64,000 nucleotides of DNA from Bacteroidales bacterium (GTDB taxonomy: Bacteria > Bacteroidota > Bacteroidia > Bacteroidales > VadinHA17), in assembly GCA_003141715.1 (NCBI GenBank), contig PLNF01000022.1, positions 15,506-79,505 on the forward strand, given 5' to 3'. Both the position numbers and the translations under genes were made by a program. Below the pieces are notes generated by a model. The model did not search any database. It was not told where the DNA came from and was given only the letters and a program-made list of their open reading frames with translations. Every line of letters begins with the position of its first letter. Position 1 is the first letter of the stretch. This document shows, piece after piece, positions 29,333-39,910 of this stretch.

Positions 29333-30049
29333 ATGGACATCATGATACTAGTAAGATATTTTCAAAGTTTTAAATCAGGAGCACAAAAAATTACTCTCAT
29401 CTTCTTATTGATTATTTTCCCGGTCATTTCATATGCCCAGCAAAGAATTAGTTTCGGAATACATGCCGATCCTATTATCAGCTGGTTTTCAACCGATATT
29501 AAGGAAGTACAAAATGATGGTGCAAGAGCAGGTTTCAACTTTGGATTAACATTTAATAAGTATTTCACACCAAACTATTCCTTTTCAACCGGAATAAGTC
29601 TGATGAGAGCCGGAGGCAGGCTGGTTAGCACTGATACGACAGTTTTGGAGTTTACAAATTCAAAATCAACTGTTTTACCCGGCAACCCTGTTGTATATAA
29701 AATTCAATACCTGGTATTCCCTCTCGGGTTAAAACTTCAAACAAACCAGATCGGATACGTTACTTATTTCTCCGATTTAGGACTCGATCCTAAAATTGTA
29801 ATAAGCAGAAGCGCTGATATTCCATCTCTTAATATCACAGACGAAAATGCTACAAATGAATTAAGGATGTTTAACCTTTCTTACCATGTTACAGCCGGTA
29901 TTGAATATTCTCTGGGTGGTACAACTGCGCTGGTATTTGGTTTGAGTTTTGATAATAATTTTCTTGACATTACCAAGGATAATGGGAATCAGCCTACTGA
30001 TAAAGTGTCGCATAAGATGCTGAGCTTCAGGTTCGGAGTTAACTTTTAA
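29333..30049 (+). CDS. outer-membrane beta-barrel protein (porin / PorT-like family)
   Basis: 238 aa. It has a signal peptide ending in SYAQQ, alternating beta-strand patterning, and ends in ...FRFGVNF. Confidence 0.65.
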   Translation: MDIMILVRYFQSFKSGAQKITLIFLLIIFPVISYAQQRISFGIHADPIISWFSTDIKEVQNDGARAGFNFGLTFNKYFTPNYSFSTGISLMRAGGRLVSTDTTVLEFTNSKSTVLPGNPVVYKIQYLVFPLGLKLQTNQIGYVTYFSDLGLDPKIVISRSADIPSLNITDENATNELRMFNLSYHVTAGIEYSLGGTTALVFGLSFDNNFLDITKDNGNQPTDKVSHKMLSFRFGVNF

Positions 30050-30059
30050 CATAACACTG

Positions 30060-31712
30060 ATGAAATTTACCGTTGCACAATTGAATTATCATATCGGAAA
30101 TTTTACCGGTAATAAGGATTTAATCTGCAAGGCAATCAGAAAAGCAAAAGCAGCGGGATCGGATCTTATTATTTTTTCTGAACTCTGTATACCAGGATAC
30201 CCTCCGCTTGATCTGCTTGACCGACTTGATTTTATCGAAAAATGCGACCATACCGTTAAAGAGATTGCCAAAGAATGTACCGGAATTGCAGCTATTGTGG
30301 GCTCTCCTACCATTAACAAAAAGCATGAAGGCAAAAAACTCTATAATTCGGCACTTTTGTTATCGGAGGGAAAAGTTATTTTTTCTGCAAATAAAGCATT
30401 GCTGCCTACTTATGACATCTTTGATGAATACAGGTACTTTGAACCTGAGAAACAGTTCTCGGTTTTTTTATTCAAAGGTATAAAGCTTGCGATTACAATC
30501 TGTGAGGATCTCTGGGACGAACAGCCATTCGACAACGAATTCGAAAAGACGAGACTTTACACAGTCTCCCCAATGGAAGAACTTGCAAGGCAAAATCCGG
30601 ATATAATAATCAATATTGCTGCTTCGCCATTTTCATATTCCAAAATTGAAGCAAAGGAAAACATCTTCATATCTAAAGCCATCAAATACAAAATACCTGT
30701 AATATCAGTTAACCAGACAGGTGCAAATACTGAACTTATCTTCGATGGTGCCTCAATCGTGGTCAACGAAAAGGGTGAGGTATTTAATCAACTCCCCTTT
30801 TTCGAAGAAGCAGTTGAGACCTACACATTTGAGAACATTAAATCAGGTTCAATTGCTAAGAGAGATACAAAAACTGACTCTATTTCTCTTATACACAAAG
30901 CTCTGGTGACAGGGTTGCGCGATTATTTTACTAAAACAGGTTTAAAAAGCAGTATTATCGGACTTTCAGGAGGTATAGATTCTGCTATTTGCCTTTGTCT
31001 TGCAGTGGACGCACTGGGGAATGAAAACGTGAGGGCATTGCTTATGCCATCCCGATACTCATCTGATCATTCTGTAAGGGATGCCATAACACTTGCCGAT
31101 TCTCTCAAAGTGCATTATGATATTGTAAATATTGAAAAGCCATTCCGTGCTTTCGAGGAAGATCTTGCACCTGTTTTCAAAGGGATGAACCGCGATGTAA
31201 CTGAAGAAAATATTCAGGCCCGCATCAGAGCTATTCTGCTGATGGCTGTCTCAAATAAATACGGATGCATTGTATTGAATACATCTAACAAGAGCGAAGC
31301 CGCAGTTGGATATGGTACTCTCTATGGAGATATGGCCGGTGGTTTGTCTGTAATAGGTGATGTATATAAAACTGATGTTTACCGGCTTGCAGGTTTCATT
31401 AACAGGGAAAGCGAAATCATTCCTGAAAACATAATCAGGAAATTGCCTTCTGCAGAATTAAGACCTGACCAGTTTGACACTGATTCACTTCCCGATTACA
31501 ACATACTTGATTTAATTTTGTACCAGTATATCGAATTACAGAAGCCTGCCAGTCGTATCATAAGTGAAGGTGCAGAAAGAGATACAGTTTTAAAAGTTAT
31601 AAGGATGATCGACTTCAATGAGTACAAAAGATATCAGGCACCACCAGTTTTAAGAATCTCATCAAAGGCCTTCGGAGCAGGTAGAAGAATGCCTCTTGTT
31701 GCAAGGTACTAA
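30060..31712 (+). CDS. nadE: glutamine-dependent NAD+ synthase
   Basis: 550 aa. The N-terminal CN-hydrolase domain has ELCIPGY and ITICEDLW. The C-terminal synthetase has the PP-loop GLSGGIDS. Confidence 0.9.
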   Translation: MKFTVAQLNYHIGNFTGNKDLICKAIRKAKAAGSDLIIFSELCIPGYPPLDLLDRLDFIEKCDHTVKEIAKECTGIAAIVGSPTINKKHEGKKLYNSALLLSEGKVIFSANKALLPTYDIFDEYRYFEPEKQFSVFLFKGIKLAITICEDLWDEQPFDNEFEKTRLYTVSPMEELARQNPDIIINIAASPFSYSKIEAKENIFISKAIKYKIPVISVNQTGANTELIFDGASIVVNEKGEVFNQLPFFEEAVETYTFENIKSGSIAKRDTKTDSISLIHKALVTGLRDYFTKTGLKSSIIGLSGGIDSAICLCLAVDALGNENVRALLMPSRYSSDHSVRDAITLADSLKVHYDIVNIEKPFRAFEEDLAPVFKGMNRDVTEENIQARIRAILLMAVSNKYGCIVLNTSNKSEAAVGYGTLYGDMAGGLSVIGDVYKTDVYRLAGFINRESEIIPENIIRKLPSAELRPDQFDTDSLPDYNILDLILYQYIELQKPASRIISEGAERDTVLKVIRMIDFNEYKRYQAPPVLRISSKAFGAGRRMPLVARY

Positions 31713-31730
31713 TTTAAACATGGTCATTTC

Positions 31731-32432
31731 ATGCAATATCTTAATCCGTATATAGAGTTGTGCCTGGAAGGATCTTCTTCCATTTTTAAAGGATTAAATC
31801 AGAAAGACAAAGAAACTCTTGTCCAACAACATACCCTGGAAATTATTAAAAAGGGCCGGTTTTTATTCAAAGAAGGAGAAAAGCCACATGGATTGATCTG
31901 CCTGGCTTCAGGTAAAGTAAAAGTTTTTAAGGAGGGAGTTGGTGGAAGAGGGCAGATACTCAGGATGGTGCGCCAGCAGGGATTTATTGGCTATAAAGCA
32001 TTATTTTCTGATATTCCGTGGTCAGTTTCAGCCATAGCAATTGAAGACTCTGCAATATGTATTTTTGAGAAAAGTTCCTTTGTGAGGACCCTGAAGAAAA
32101 ATCCTGACCTTTCAATGAAATTTATGAAGGTAATTGCTGACGAATTATGGTTTTCGAACAACAGGACTGTTTCGCTTACCCAGAAACATATCAGAGGACG
32201 TGTTGCTGAATCGCTATTGATACTGCGTGATACATATGGTTATGAAGCAGACGGCAAAACAATCCGGGTTTCATTGTCACGGGAAGATATCGCCAACCTG
32301 TCAAACATGACTACTTCAAATGCTATCCGAACACTCTCTAACATGGCCTCTGAAGGAATCATTGAAATTACAGGAAGAAGGATAAGTATTCTCGACGGCA
32401 ACCAACTTGAATATATAAGTGAACAGGGCTGA
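31731..32432 (+). CDS. Crp/Fnr family transcriptional regulator
   Basis: 233 aa. A cNMP-binding-like beta-roll is followed by a C-terminal HTH (REDIANLSNMTTSNAIRTLSNM). Confidence 0.8.
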   Translation: MQYLNPYIELCLEGSSSIFKGLNQKDKETLVQQHTLEIIKKGRFLFKEGEKPHGLICLASGKVKVFKEGVGGRGQILRMVRQQGFIGYKALFSDIPWSVSAIAIEDSAICIFEKSSFVRTLKKNPDLSMKFMKVIADELWFSNNRTVSLTQKHIRGRVAESLLILRDTYGYEADGKTIRVSLSREDIANLSNMTTSNAIRTLSNMASEGIIEITGRRISILDGNQLEYISEQG

Positions 32433-32459
32433 CAAGTAATTTGTTGAAACCTGTTCTGA

Positions 32460-34926
32460 CTACTCCCTGAAAAAGACTCTCTTCACACGCCTGGGAATTG
32501 AAGTTAGGATCTCATAAGGAATAGTCTGACATTTTTCAGCAATCTCATCTATTGAAATTCTTTCTCCGAAAATTTCAGCTTCATCACCTGTTTCAGCATT
32601 CAGCCCGGTAATATCCGCCATACACATGTCCATACAAACATTCCCAATTATTGAAACTCTTGAACCTTTAATAAACAGGTACCCGTTTCTGTTACCTAAT
32701 TTCCGGTTTAAACCATCTGCATAACCAACAGGTAATATAGCAATAATCCTTTCATTTTCAGACACATCTGCACAACCATAACCTACCGGTTCGCCAGCTC
32801 TGATTCTCTTGATCTGTGAAATCCTTGTCTTGAAACGTCCGGCTGTTTTAAGATCAAAACCTTCAAAATGCCCGACACCATACATCCCAATGCCTGGTCG
32901 CACCATTTCAAACTGATATTGAGGAAAACGTGCAATACCTGAGGAATTTAGAATATGACGAAGAAATGCGTATCCTATTGCTCTCACGGATCTGTTCAAC
33001 AGCCCTTAAAAAAACTTTCACCTGATGGTGACTAAAATGATCCAGATGCAGGGTCTTCACTTCCTGCCAGATGTGAGAAAACCGAAACGACTTCTTAAAC
33101 ATTCCTTGCTCTTTAATTCTTTTAGCCAGGGTATTAACGTCTTCCGGCATAAAGCCCAGCCTGTGCATTCCTGAATCAACTTTAATATGTACAGGATAGC
33201 TGATCAATCCGTGTCTGGAAGCCACCGCTACAAATTGTTCAAGAGATAAAAGACTAAATATTTCAGGCTCAAGAGAATATTTTATCATCAATTCTGATGC
33301 CGAAGGATCAGGATTCATAACCATGATGGGTAATGTTACACCCGAGTTTCTCAACTCTACTCCTTCATCGACATAGGCTACTGCCAGATAACTTACTCTC
33401 TGGTACTCAAGCAATGCTGATATCTCAGCTGGTCCCGCCCCATAAGCAAATGCTTTGACCATTGCCATAATCTTTGTATCCGGATTAAGATGCCGGCGGA
33501 ATTCATTAAGATTGTGAGATATGGAATCCAGGTTTACCTCAAGAACTGTCTGATGAATCTGTTGTTCAAGCAGTTTGCCTATTTTCTCAAACTCATATAT
33601 CCTTGCTCCCTTAAGAAGTATTATCTCATTTCTGAACTCAGTAATATTTAAACTATTGATAAACTCATCAGTTGTATAGAAAAATCTTGCTCCATCAGCA
33701 AATAAAGTGCTATTTCTTACAAGTGCATTTCCAATCCCTATAAACTTTTTAATACCTGTTTTCCTTATAAGACCTGCGACCTCACCATATAAATCCTTTT
33801 CATCTCTGCCACTCTGAACAAAATCAGAAAGTATTAAGGTAGTCTCCCTGCCATCCTGCGATTTAAGATACTCAAGAGCCATTCCTAGCGACCCCGGATC
33901 TGAATTATAATAATCTTCGATAAGCTGACAATTATTAATACCACTCTTTAGTTCCATCCTCATAGCTATTGAGACAAGTCCTGCAATCCCTCTGGAAATA
34001 ACTTCAGCTGGCGTTTCCAAAGCAAGACATACCGAAGCAACGGTAATAGCGTTTTCAACTGATGCCCTGTCAGAGAATGGAATCTCAAAATCGTAATTAT
34101 TAACATTATAGGTCATCCGGATACCGGTACGACCTACTGTCAAAGAATTCTTTTTAACAAAAATCTTTGCCCCTGCATTCTCACATGACCAGTCCACCAG
34201 CTTCTTCGATTTTAATTTTTCGTTATTCAGGATTGCTTTATGAATAATCTCATGATCTCTGCAATATATTATTAAAGAGGAATTTACAAACAGCTTAAGT
34301 TTCTCCTCTGCTTTCATTTTATTATCTGGGAAATTCTCCCGGTGAGCATCGCCGATATTTGTTATTACACCAATATCTGGATCGATGACCTTCTGAAGTC
34401 TAGTCATCTCACCCGGTAATGATATACCTGCCTCAAATATTCCCAGTTTATATTTGTCTTCCAGTTTCAGGACTGAAAGTGGTACTCCTATCTGTGAATT
34501 ATAACTTTTCGGGCTTCTGATAACAGAAGTTGTAACGCCAAGGATATCTGCCAGCCATTCTTTAACAACGGTTTTACCTGCACTTCCCGTGACTGCTATT
34601 ACAGGTGAATGAAAGGATTTTCTTCTGAAAGAAGCTAATAATTGTAATGCTTCAACCGTATTAACAGTAACTATGAACGCTGCTTCATTATATCTTTCGA
34701 TCTCTTCGGGAAGCTTTTCCACAACAAAAATCCTGATGCCTTTCTGGTACAGGCTGTCAATAAAATTGTGACCATCGTGATTCTTTCCTTTTAATGCAAA
34801 AAAAAGAACACCATCTGTTATACTTAACTGACGGGTGTCTGTCACTATTTCTGTAACAAAAAGGTCAGCAGGTCCCGTGAGCTTACCTTTTATAATTTTG
34901 GCAATATCTGATGAACTGAGTTTCAA
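32460..34926 (-). pseudogene. murF: bifunctional UDP-MurNAc-pentapeptide synthetase (MurF) / alanine racemase, interrupted by a frameshift near 32981-32985
   Basis: The 672-aa ORF (32908-34926) carries MurF (VTGSAGKT) and the N-terminal Alr domain (MVKAFAYGAGP, the PLP lysine motif). It then runs into junk, ...VEQIRESNRIRISSSYSKF*. The Alr continuation AIGYAFLRHILNSSGIARFPQYQFEMVRPGIGMYG... lies in the +1-offset frame of ORF 32460-32999. Confidence 0.7.
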
Positions 34927-34929
34927 TAT

Positions 34930-35511
34930 TTATTTTTTCAAAGCTTCATTATAACAATTCCTGCAAAGAGGTTCATAAAGGTTTTTTTCACCGAGGAGCA
35001 CAACCTGTGCATCTTCTGATTTTCTAAAGGAATATTGTGCAAGATTCCCGCAGCGCATACATATTGCATGAACTTTTGTAACATATTCTGCAACAGCAAG
35101 AAGTGCAGGCAATGGGCCAAAAGGTTTTCCCATAAAGTCCATATCCAGACCTGCAATCACTATCCGGATACCATTATCAGCCAGCGTGTTACAAACCTCA
35201 ATGATAGAATCATCAAAAAACTGCGCTTCATCGATTCCGATAACATCAACATTGCCCGCTAAAAGCAAAATTGCAGAGGCATTATCGACCGGAGTTGAAA
35301 CGATCGATTTGTCGTCATGCGAAACGACTCTGGTTTCAGAGTATCTCTTATCGAGTGAAGGTTTAAAGATTTCCACCTTTAATCCTGCAAACTGTGCCCT
35401 TCTTAACCGTCTGATCAATTCTTCAGTTTTACCTGAAAACATGGAACCTGTTATTACCTCAATAGATCCTTTTTCCCCGGTTACCCTTACTGAATTTTCA
35501 AGAAAGTCCAT
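34930..35511 (-). CDS. tdk: thymidine kinase
   Basis: 193 aa. It has the P-loop [11 protein letters not shown] and the zinc ribbon CMRCG...CRNC. Confidence 0.92.
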   Translation of the reverse strand: MDFLENSVRVTGEKGSIEVITGSMFSGKTEELIRRLRRAQFAGLKVEIFKPSLDKRYSETRVVSHDDKSIVSTPVDNASAILLLAGNVDVIGIDEAQFFDDSIIEVCNTLADNGIRIVIAGLDMDFMGKPFGPLPALLAVAEYVTKVHAICMRCGNLAQYSFRKSEDAQVVLLGEKNLYEPLCRNCYNEALKK

Positions 35512-35629
35512 CTGTAATCAATGTCTGTTGTCAAAACTTAAATTGTAGTTTTATTCATCGATGACTTGCTGAATAATCGTTACTTTTACAAAATAAAGAA
35601 AATGGTTTGTTATATTAACATCAAAATGT

Positions 35630-36337
35630 ATGGATTTCAACTCAACCATCGATTTAATTATTAAAGATCTCAACGAAGCATCTGAAATTATTGATGATCT
35701 GAAAAAATACCCTGGTGTCCCGGCTCTGCAGGTAGAACTGGCAAAATCGAAATGCAGAAGTGCAGGTGATGTAATTGCTCTGCTCAAAAGTATTGGTGAC
35801 ACAATACCTGTCAGTGATGGATCTGTTCTTGAAAAACATCTCGATCAATCAGAGTACAAAACAGTAGTAGCGAAACAAACGGCCAGTGTAAATAAAACAT
35901 CTGAAGAGAAGAAAAAAGAATTAAACACTTTTGGAATTCCTTCTCCTCCTGCTGAGAAGAAAGTGGAAACAAGGGACCCGGTGAAGAAAGTAACTGAAAC
36001 CTCTATAGTTGCAGATAAATTCAGCCATACTTCCGACCTTTACACTGAGCAGACAGGAAGCATTAAAACTGAGAAAGATTTATCAGATCACCTGAAGGCT
36101 AAACCGATAACCAGTTTAACTGAGGCAATAGGTATCAGCGACAAGTTCCTCTTCATGGGTGAAATATTCGATGGCAATAAAGATGCATATACACAGGCAA
36201 TTTCACGGCTCGACAAAGCTGAAAGTCTTCAGGATGCTATGGCCATAATTATGAGTTATATGGATGAAAAGCCTGAAAATGAAGCTGTCATACAACTTCT
36301 TGATCTGGTAAAACTCAAACTTCCTTCAAATGAGTAA
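35630..36337 (+). CDS. hypothetical protein with a low-complexity K/E/T-rich centre
   Basis: 235 aa with no recognisable motifs. Its stop overlaps the rsmI start (ATGAGTAA). Confidence 0.55.
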   Translation: MDFNSTIDLIIKDLNEASEIIDDLKKYPGVPALQVELAKSKCRSAGDVIALLKSIGDTIPVSDGSVLEKHLDQSEYKTVVAKQTASVNKTSEEKKKELNTFGIPSPPAEKKVETRDPVKKVTETSIVADKFSHTSDLYTEQTGSIKTEKDLSDHLKAKPITSLTEAIGISDKFLFMGEIFDGNKDAYTQAISRLDKAESLQDAMAIIMSYMDEKPENEAVIQLLDLVKLKLPSNE

Positions 36338-37004
36338 ACTTTTTCTGATACCTACCCCTATCGGTAATCTAAAGGATATTACCTTCAGGGCTGTAGAAAT
36401 TCTTGGAAGTGTCGATCTGATTCTTGCCGAAGATACACGTCAGACAAAAAAGTTGCTTAATCATTATAATATTTCTACACCACTTCAGTCGCATCACATG
36501 TTCAATGAACACAAAAGTGTAGAATCGATCTGTTCAAAGATTCTTGACGGACAGACAATTGCACTTGTCTCAGATGCAGGGACTCCCGGCATTTCTGATC
36601 CCGGGTTTTTACTGGTCAGAACATGCGTTGAAAAAGAGATTCCTGTAGAAACTCTGCCTGGCCCGACTGCTCTTATACCTGCGCTGGTAAATTCAGGACT
36701 GCCATGTGACAGGTTCTGTTTTGAGGGATTCCTTCCTCCCAAAAAAGGCAGAAATAAAAGAATGACCGGATTAACTGACGAAACAAGAACCATGGTTTTC
36801 TATGAATCACCTTTCCGCCTGGTAAAAACGCTGAATGAATTGGCCATTCATCTTGGTCCAGATCGCAACGCCTGCGTTTCGAGAGAGTTAAGCAAGATAT
36901 TTGAGGAGAATAACAGAGGTACTTTATCATACCTGTCAGAATACTATACGAATAAACCACCAAAAGGAGAAATAGTTATCATTGTAGCCGGGAAAAAGGA
37001 TTAA
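36330..37004 (+). CDS. rsmI: 16S rRNA (cytidine1402-2'-O)-methyltransferase
   Basis: 224 aa. It has LIPTPIGNLKDIT, AEDTRQTKKLL and DAGTPGISDPG. Confidence 0.87.
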   Translation: MSKLFLIPTPIGNLKDITFRAVEILGSVDLILAEDTRQTKKLLNHYNISTPLQSHHMFNEHKSVESICSKILDGQTIALVSDAGTPGISDPGFLLVRTCVEKEIPVETLPGPTALIPALVNSGLPCDRFCFEGFLPPKKGRNKRMTGLTDETRTMVFYESPFRLVKTLNELAIHLGPDRNACVSRELSKIFEENNRGTLSYLSEYYTNKPPKGEIVIIVAGKKD

Positions 37005-38525
37005 TCAGGCAAAAGGTGGTTCATCATGGATATCTGATTCGTTATCGAATCCTCCTCCAAGTTTTCTCAGGTTATCATGATTCATCTTGGATCCGAGTGT
37101 GATGCTCTGGGCTCCGCTCATATCCGGGTTGCCATCCATATCAAAATCATCAATATCCACAAACTGAGCTTTCTCCTCACGGAATCTCAGTCGTACATCG
37201 TCGACCGGACCATTCCTGTTCTTTGCAAGAATGATTTCAGCGATCCCTTTGGTGGAAGATCCATCCTCGAACGTTGGAATACCAAATTTATCCTGCCTGT
37301 GAATAAAGACAACCATATCTGCATCCTGTTCTATTGCTCCTGATTCACGAAGGTCAGAGAGAAGCGGTCTTTTTGTACCTCCCCTCATTTCAACTGAACG
37401 GTTAAGCTGGGAAAGAGCGAGTATAGGAACATTAAGTTCTTTGGCAATACTCTTAAGCGAACGCGAAATATTACTTACTTCCTGTTCTCGGCTTCCGGCA
37501 TTTTCAGGTCCCGACATAAGCTGAAGATAATCAACTATCACAATATCGAGTTTGTGTTGAGCCATCAGTCGCCTGCATTTGGCCCTGAGTTCAAATATTG
37601 AAATTGCAGGAGTATCATCAATAAATATCGGAGCCTGTACCAGCTTTTTTATCCTTGTATCAAGTTGCTTCCATTCCTCTTCAGTGAGACGTCCGTTTTT
37701 TATCTTATCACCAGGGATGTCGGTTTCGGCTATTATTAACCTGTTAACCAACTGAATAGATGACATTTCGCATGAGAATATTGCCACTTTTTTCCCATGG
37801 TCGATAGACATGTTCCTTGCCATTGAAAGGGCAAATGCAGTTTTTCCCATTGAGGGGCGTGCTGCAATAATTATCAATTCAGATTTCTGCCATCCTGATG
37901 TAAGTCTGTCAAGTTTGGTGAATCCGGATGGCGTCCCAACCAGGGCATCTTCCCTCTTCCCTGCTTCCTCGATCTCCCTTATTGCCTCCTTAATAACCAC
38001 ATTGATGGGAGCTACTTCTCTTTTGATGTTACCTTCAGCAATCTGAAAAAGAGCATTTTCCGAATAATCGAGAAGCTCGGTTACATCATATGTGTCATCA
38101 AAAGACCTTGTCTGGATTTCTGTAGATACTCTTATAAGTTCGCGCTGGATATATTTTTGCGCTACAATCCTTGCATGATAATCAACATTTGCTGCTGATA
38201 CAACTTTTGATGTAAGCTGGGTAAGATAGACAGGGCCGCCTACGCTGTCTAACTCATGGTGAGACCGTAGTTCTTCTGTAACTGTGTAGAGATCTATAGG
38301 AAACTCCCTCGAAGAAAGATCGGATATCGCTTTAAATATTTTCTGATGCGCTTCTCTGTAGAAACTCTCTGGTTTAAGAATATCAAGAATTGTAATAACT
38401 GCTTCTTTTTCGAGCATAACTGCGCCAAGAACAGCCTCCTCCATATCGTTTGCCTGTGGCGGCACCTTACCAAAATCAGGTAAAGTCGTTATAGTCGGCC
38501 TTGGGCTATTTCTTTGTTTTGCCAT
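37005..38525 (-). CDS. dnaB: replicative DNA helicase DnaB
   Basis: 506 aa. The N-terminal block is PPQANDMEEAVLGAVM and Walker A is ARPSMGKTAFAL. It has an acidic C-terminal extension. Its stop directly abuts the rsmI stop. Confidence 0.95.
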   Translation of the reverse strand: MAKQRNSPRPTITTLPDFGKVPPQANDMEEAVLGAVMLEKEAVITILDILKPESFYREAHQKIFKAISDLSSREFPIDLYTVTEELRSHHELDSVGGPVYLTQLTSKVVSAANVDYHARIVAQKYIQRELIRVSTEIQTRSFDDTYDVTELLDYSENALFQIAEGNIKREVAPINVVIKEAIREIEEAGKREDALVGTPSGFTKLDRLTSGWQKSELIIIAARPSMGKTAFALSMARNMSIDHGKKVAIFSCEMSSIQLVNRLIIAETDIPGDKIKNGRLTEEEWKQLDTRIKKLVQAPIFIDDTPAISIFELRAKCRRLMAQHKLDIVIVDYLQLMSGPENAGSREQEVSNISRSLKSIAKELNVPILALSQLNRSVEMRGGTKRPLLSDLRESGAIEQDADMVVFIHRQDKFGIPTFEDGSSTKGIAEIILAKNRNGPVDDVRLRFREEKAQFVDIDDFDMDGNPDMSGAQSITLGSKMNHDNLRKLGGGFDNESDIHDEPPFA

Positions 38526-38737
38526 TAATACTATATTTCTGATTTATAATCGTTTAGAGAGAAGAAAGTATATTCACCCGCTTAGTTTCAAAGGTATGAA
38601 TAACCATACTTAGTAGCTTAAAAGAGCAGGCTATTGTTACAAACAAAGAGATGTTAAAAACTTGTTGAAAAGCTATTGAAAGGATCATTAGTAAGAAATT
38701 CAAAACCATATGGTATTTTTACATCAAACAGAGGAAG

Positions 38738-39556
38738 ATGGTTGTTTTCCCAAATGCTAAAATAAATATTGGATTACGGATTACAGGTAGGCGTCCCGAT
38801 GGCTATCATGACATTGAAACGATATTTTATCCTGTAAGGCTCAGTGATGCTCTTGAATTTGTTGTTCCTGATCAAACAATTATTAAAGATATTCTTAAAG
38901 TTACGGGTATTGATACCGGAAGAATACCCGATGACAACCTGGTTATAAAAACGCTTCTCAAACTTCGTGGAAAGAGTTCCTTCCCCTATCTGAAAATTCA
39001 TTTGCATAAAGTGATACCTGTAGGTGCAGGATTAGGTGGAGGTTCTTCGGATGCAGCATGCCTGTTAAAGGTAATTAACAGACATTTTAGACTCAATATT
39101 GACAACTCTGACCTTAAGGCGCTTTCATTGGAACTGGGAAGTGATTGTCCTTTCTTTGTGGATTGCATTCCTTCATTGGCTTCAGGCAGGGGTGAGATAT
39201 TAACACCTGTCAAACCGGTATTGTCAGGCTATTATCTTGTTATCATTAACCCCGGAGTCGGAATAAATACAGTTGAAGCATATCAAAACTGCCGGCCCGG
39301 AGTTCCTTCAACAAGTCTTATAGAATTAGTTGAACGTCCGGTTATCGAATGGAAAGGGCTTATAGTAAACGACTTTGAAGATTTTGCATTTAAAAAACAT
39401 CCACTAATAGGCGACATAAAAGAGGAATTGTATAGATCCAGTGCTCTTTTTAGTCTGATGTCAGGAAGCGGATCAAGTGTTTATGGGATATTTTCAGAGA
39501 AGCCAAAACTTCCCATGGAACTCACAGAATATGTGATTTGGGAAGGAGTGATATGA
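38738..39556 (+). CDS. ispE: 4-(cytidine 5'-diphospho)-2-C-methyl-D-erythritol kinase
   Basis: 272 aa. It has AKINIGLRITGRRPDGYH and the GHMP motif PVGAGLGGGSSDAA. Confidence 0.87.
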   Translation: MVVFPNAKINIGLRITGRRPDGYHDIETIFYPVRLSDALEFVVPDQTIIKDILKVTGIDTGRIPDDNLVIKTLLKLRGKSSFPYLKIHLHKVIPVGAGLGGGSSDAACLLKVINRHFRLNIDNSDLKALSLELGSDCPFFVDCIPSLASGRGEILTPVKPVLSGYYLVIINPGVGINTVEAYQNCRPGVPSTSLIELVERPVIEWKGLIVNDFEDFAFKKHPLIGDIKEELYRSSALFSLMSGSGSSVYGIFSEKPKLPMELTEYVIWEGVI

Positions 39557-39559
39557 TTT

Positions 39560-39892
39560 TCACTCAAGTTCCAATAGAACAGTTCCTTTTGATACTTTAT
39601 CTCCTTTTTTAACTGCTATTGATTTTACTTTGCCATCCATATTGCATTTCAGTTTATTCTGCATCTTCATGGCATCGAGTATCATCAGATCATCACCCCT
39701 TGAAACATTCTGCCCTGGTTTTACAAGTATATCGAGAACAGTACCGGGTATAAAGCTCAGTATAATCCGGGGGTCAGCAGGCTGGTAAGGTTTCCTGTTT
39801 TGAAACTTATTGCTGATCCTCGTCTGATATAAACTAGTGTCTATATTGAGGAATCCTAACTTATCATTTTTATTCATGATTGTTCCATTCAT
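39560..39892 (-). CDS. biotin carboxyl carrier (biotinyl domain) protein
   Basis: 110 aa. It has the biotinylation motif LDAMKMQN. Confidence 0.8.
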   Translation of the reverse strand: MNGTIMNKNDKLGFLNIDTSLYQTRISNKFQNRKPYQPADPRIILSFIPGTVLDILVKPGQNVSRGDDLMILDAMKMQNKLKCNMDGKVKSIAVKKGDKVSKGTVLLELE

Positions 39893-39910
39893 ATTTTGGG
39901 GTTCATTTGA

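Noticed and set aside
35186-35548. 120-aa ORF antisense to tdk
   Set aside because: It lies fully inside a confidently identified gene on the opposite strand, with no motif support. This is a typical shadow ORF.
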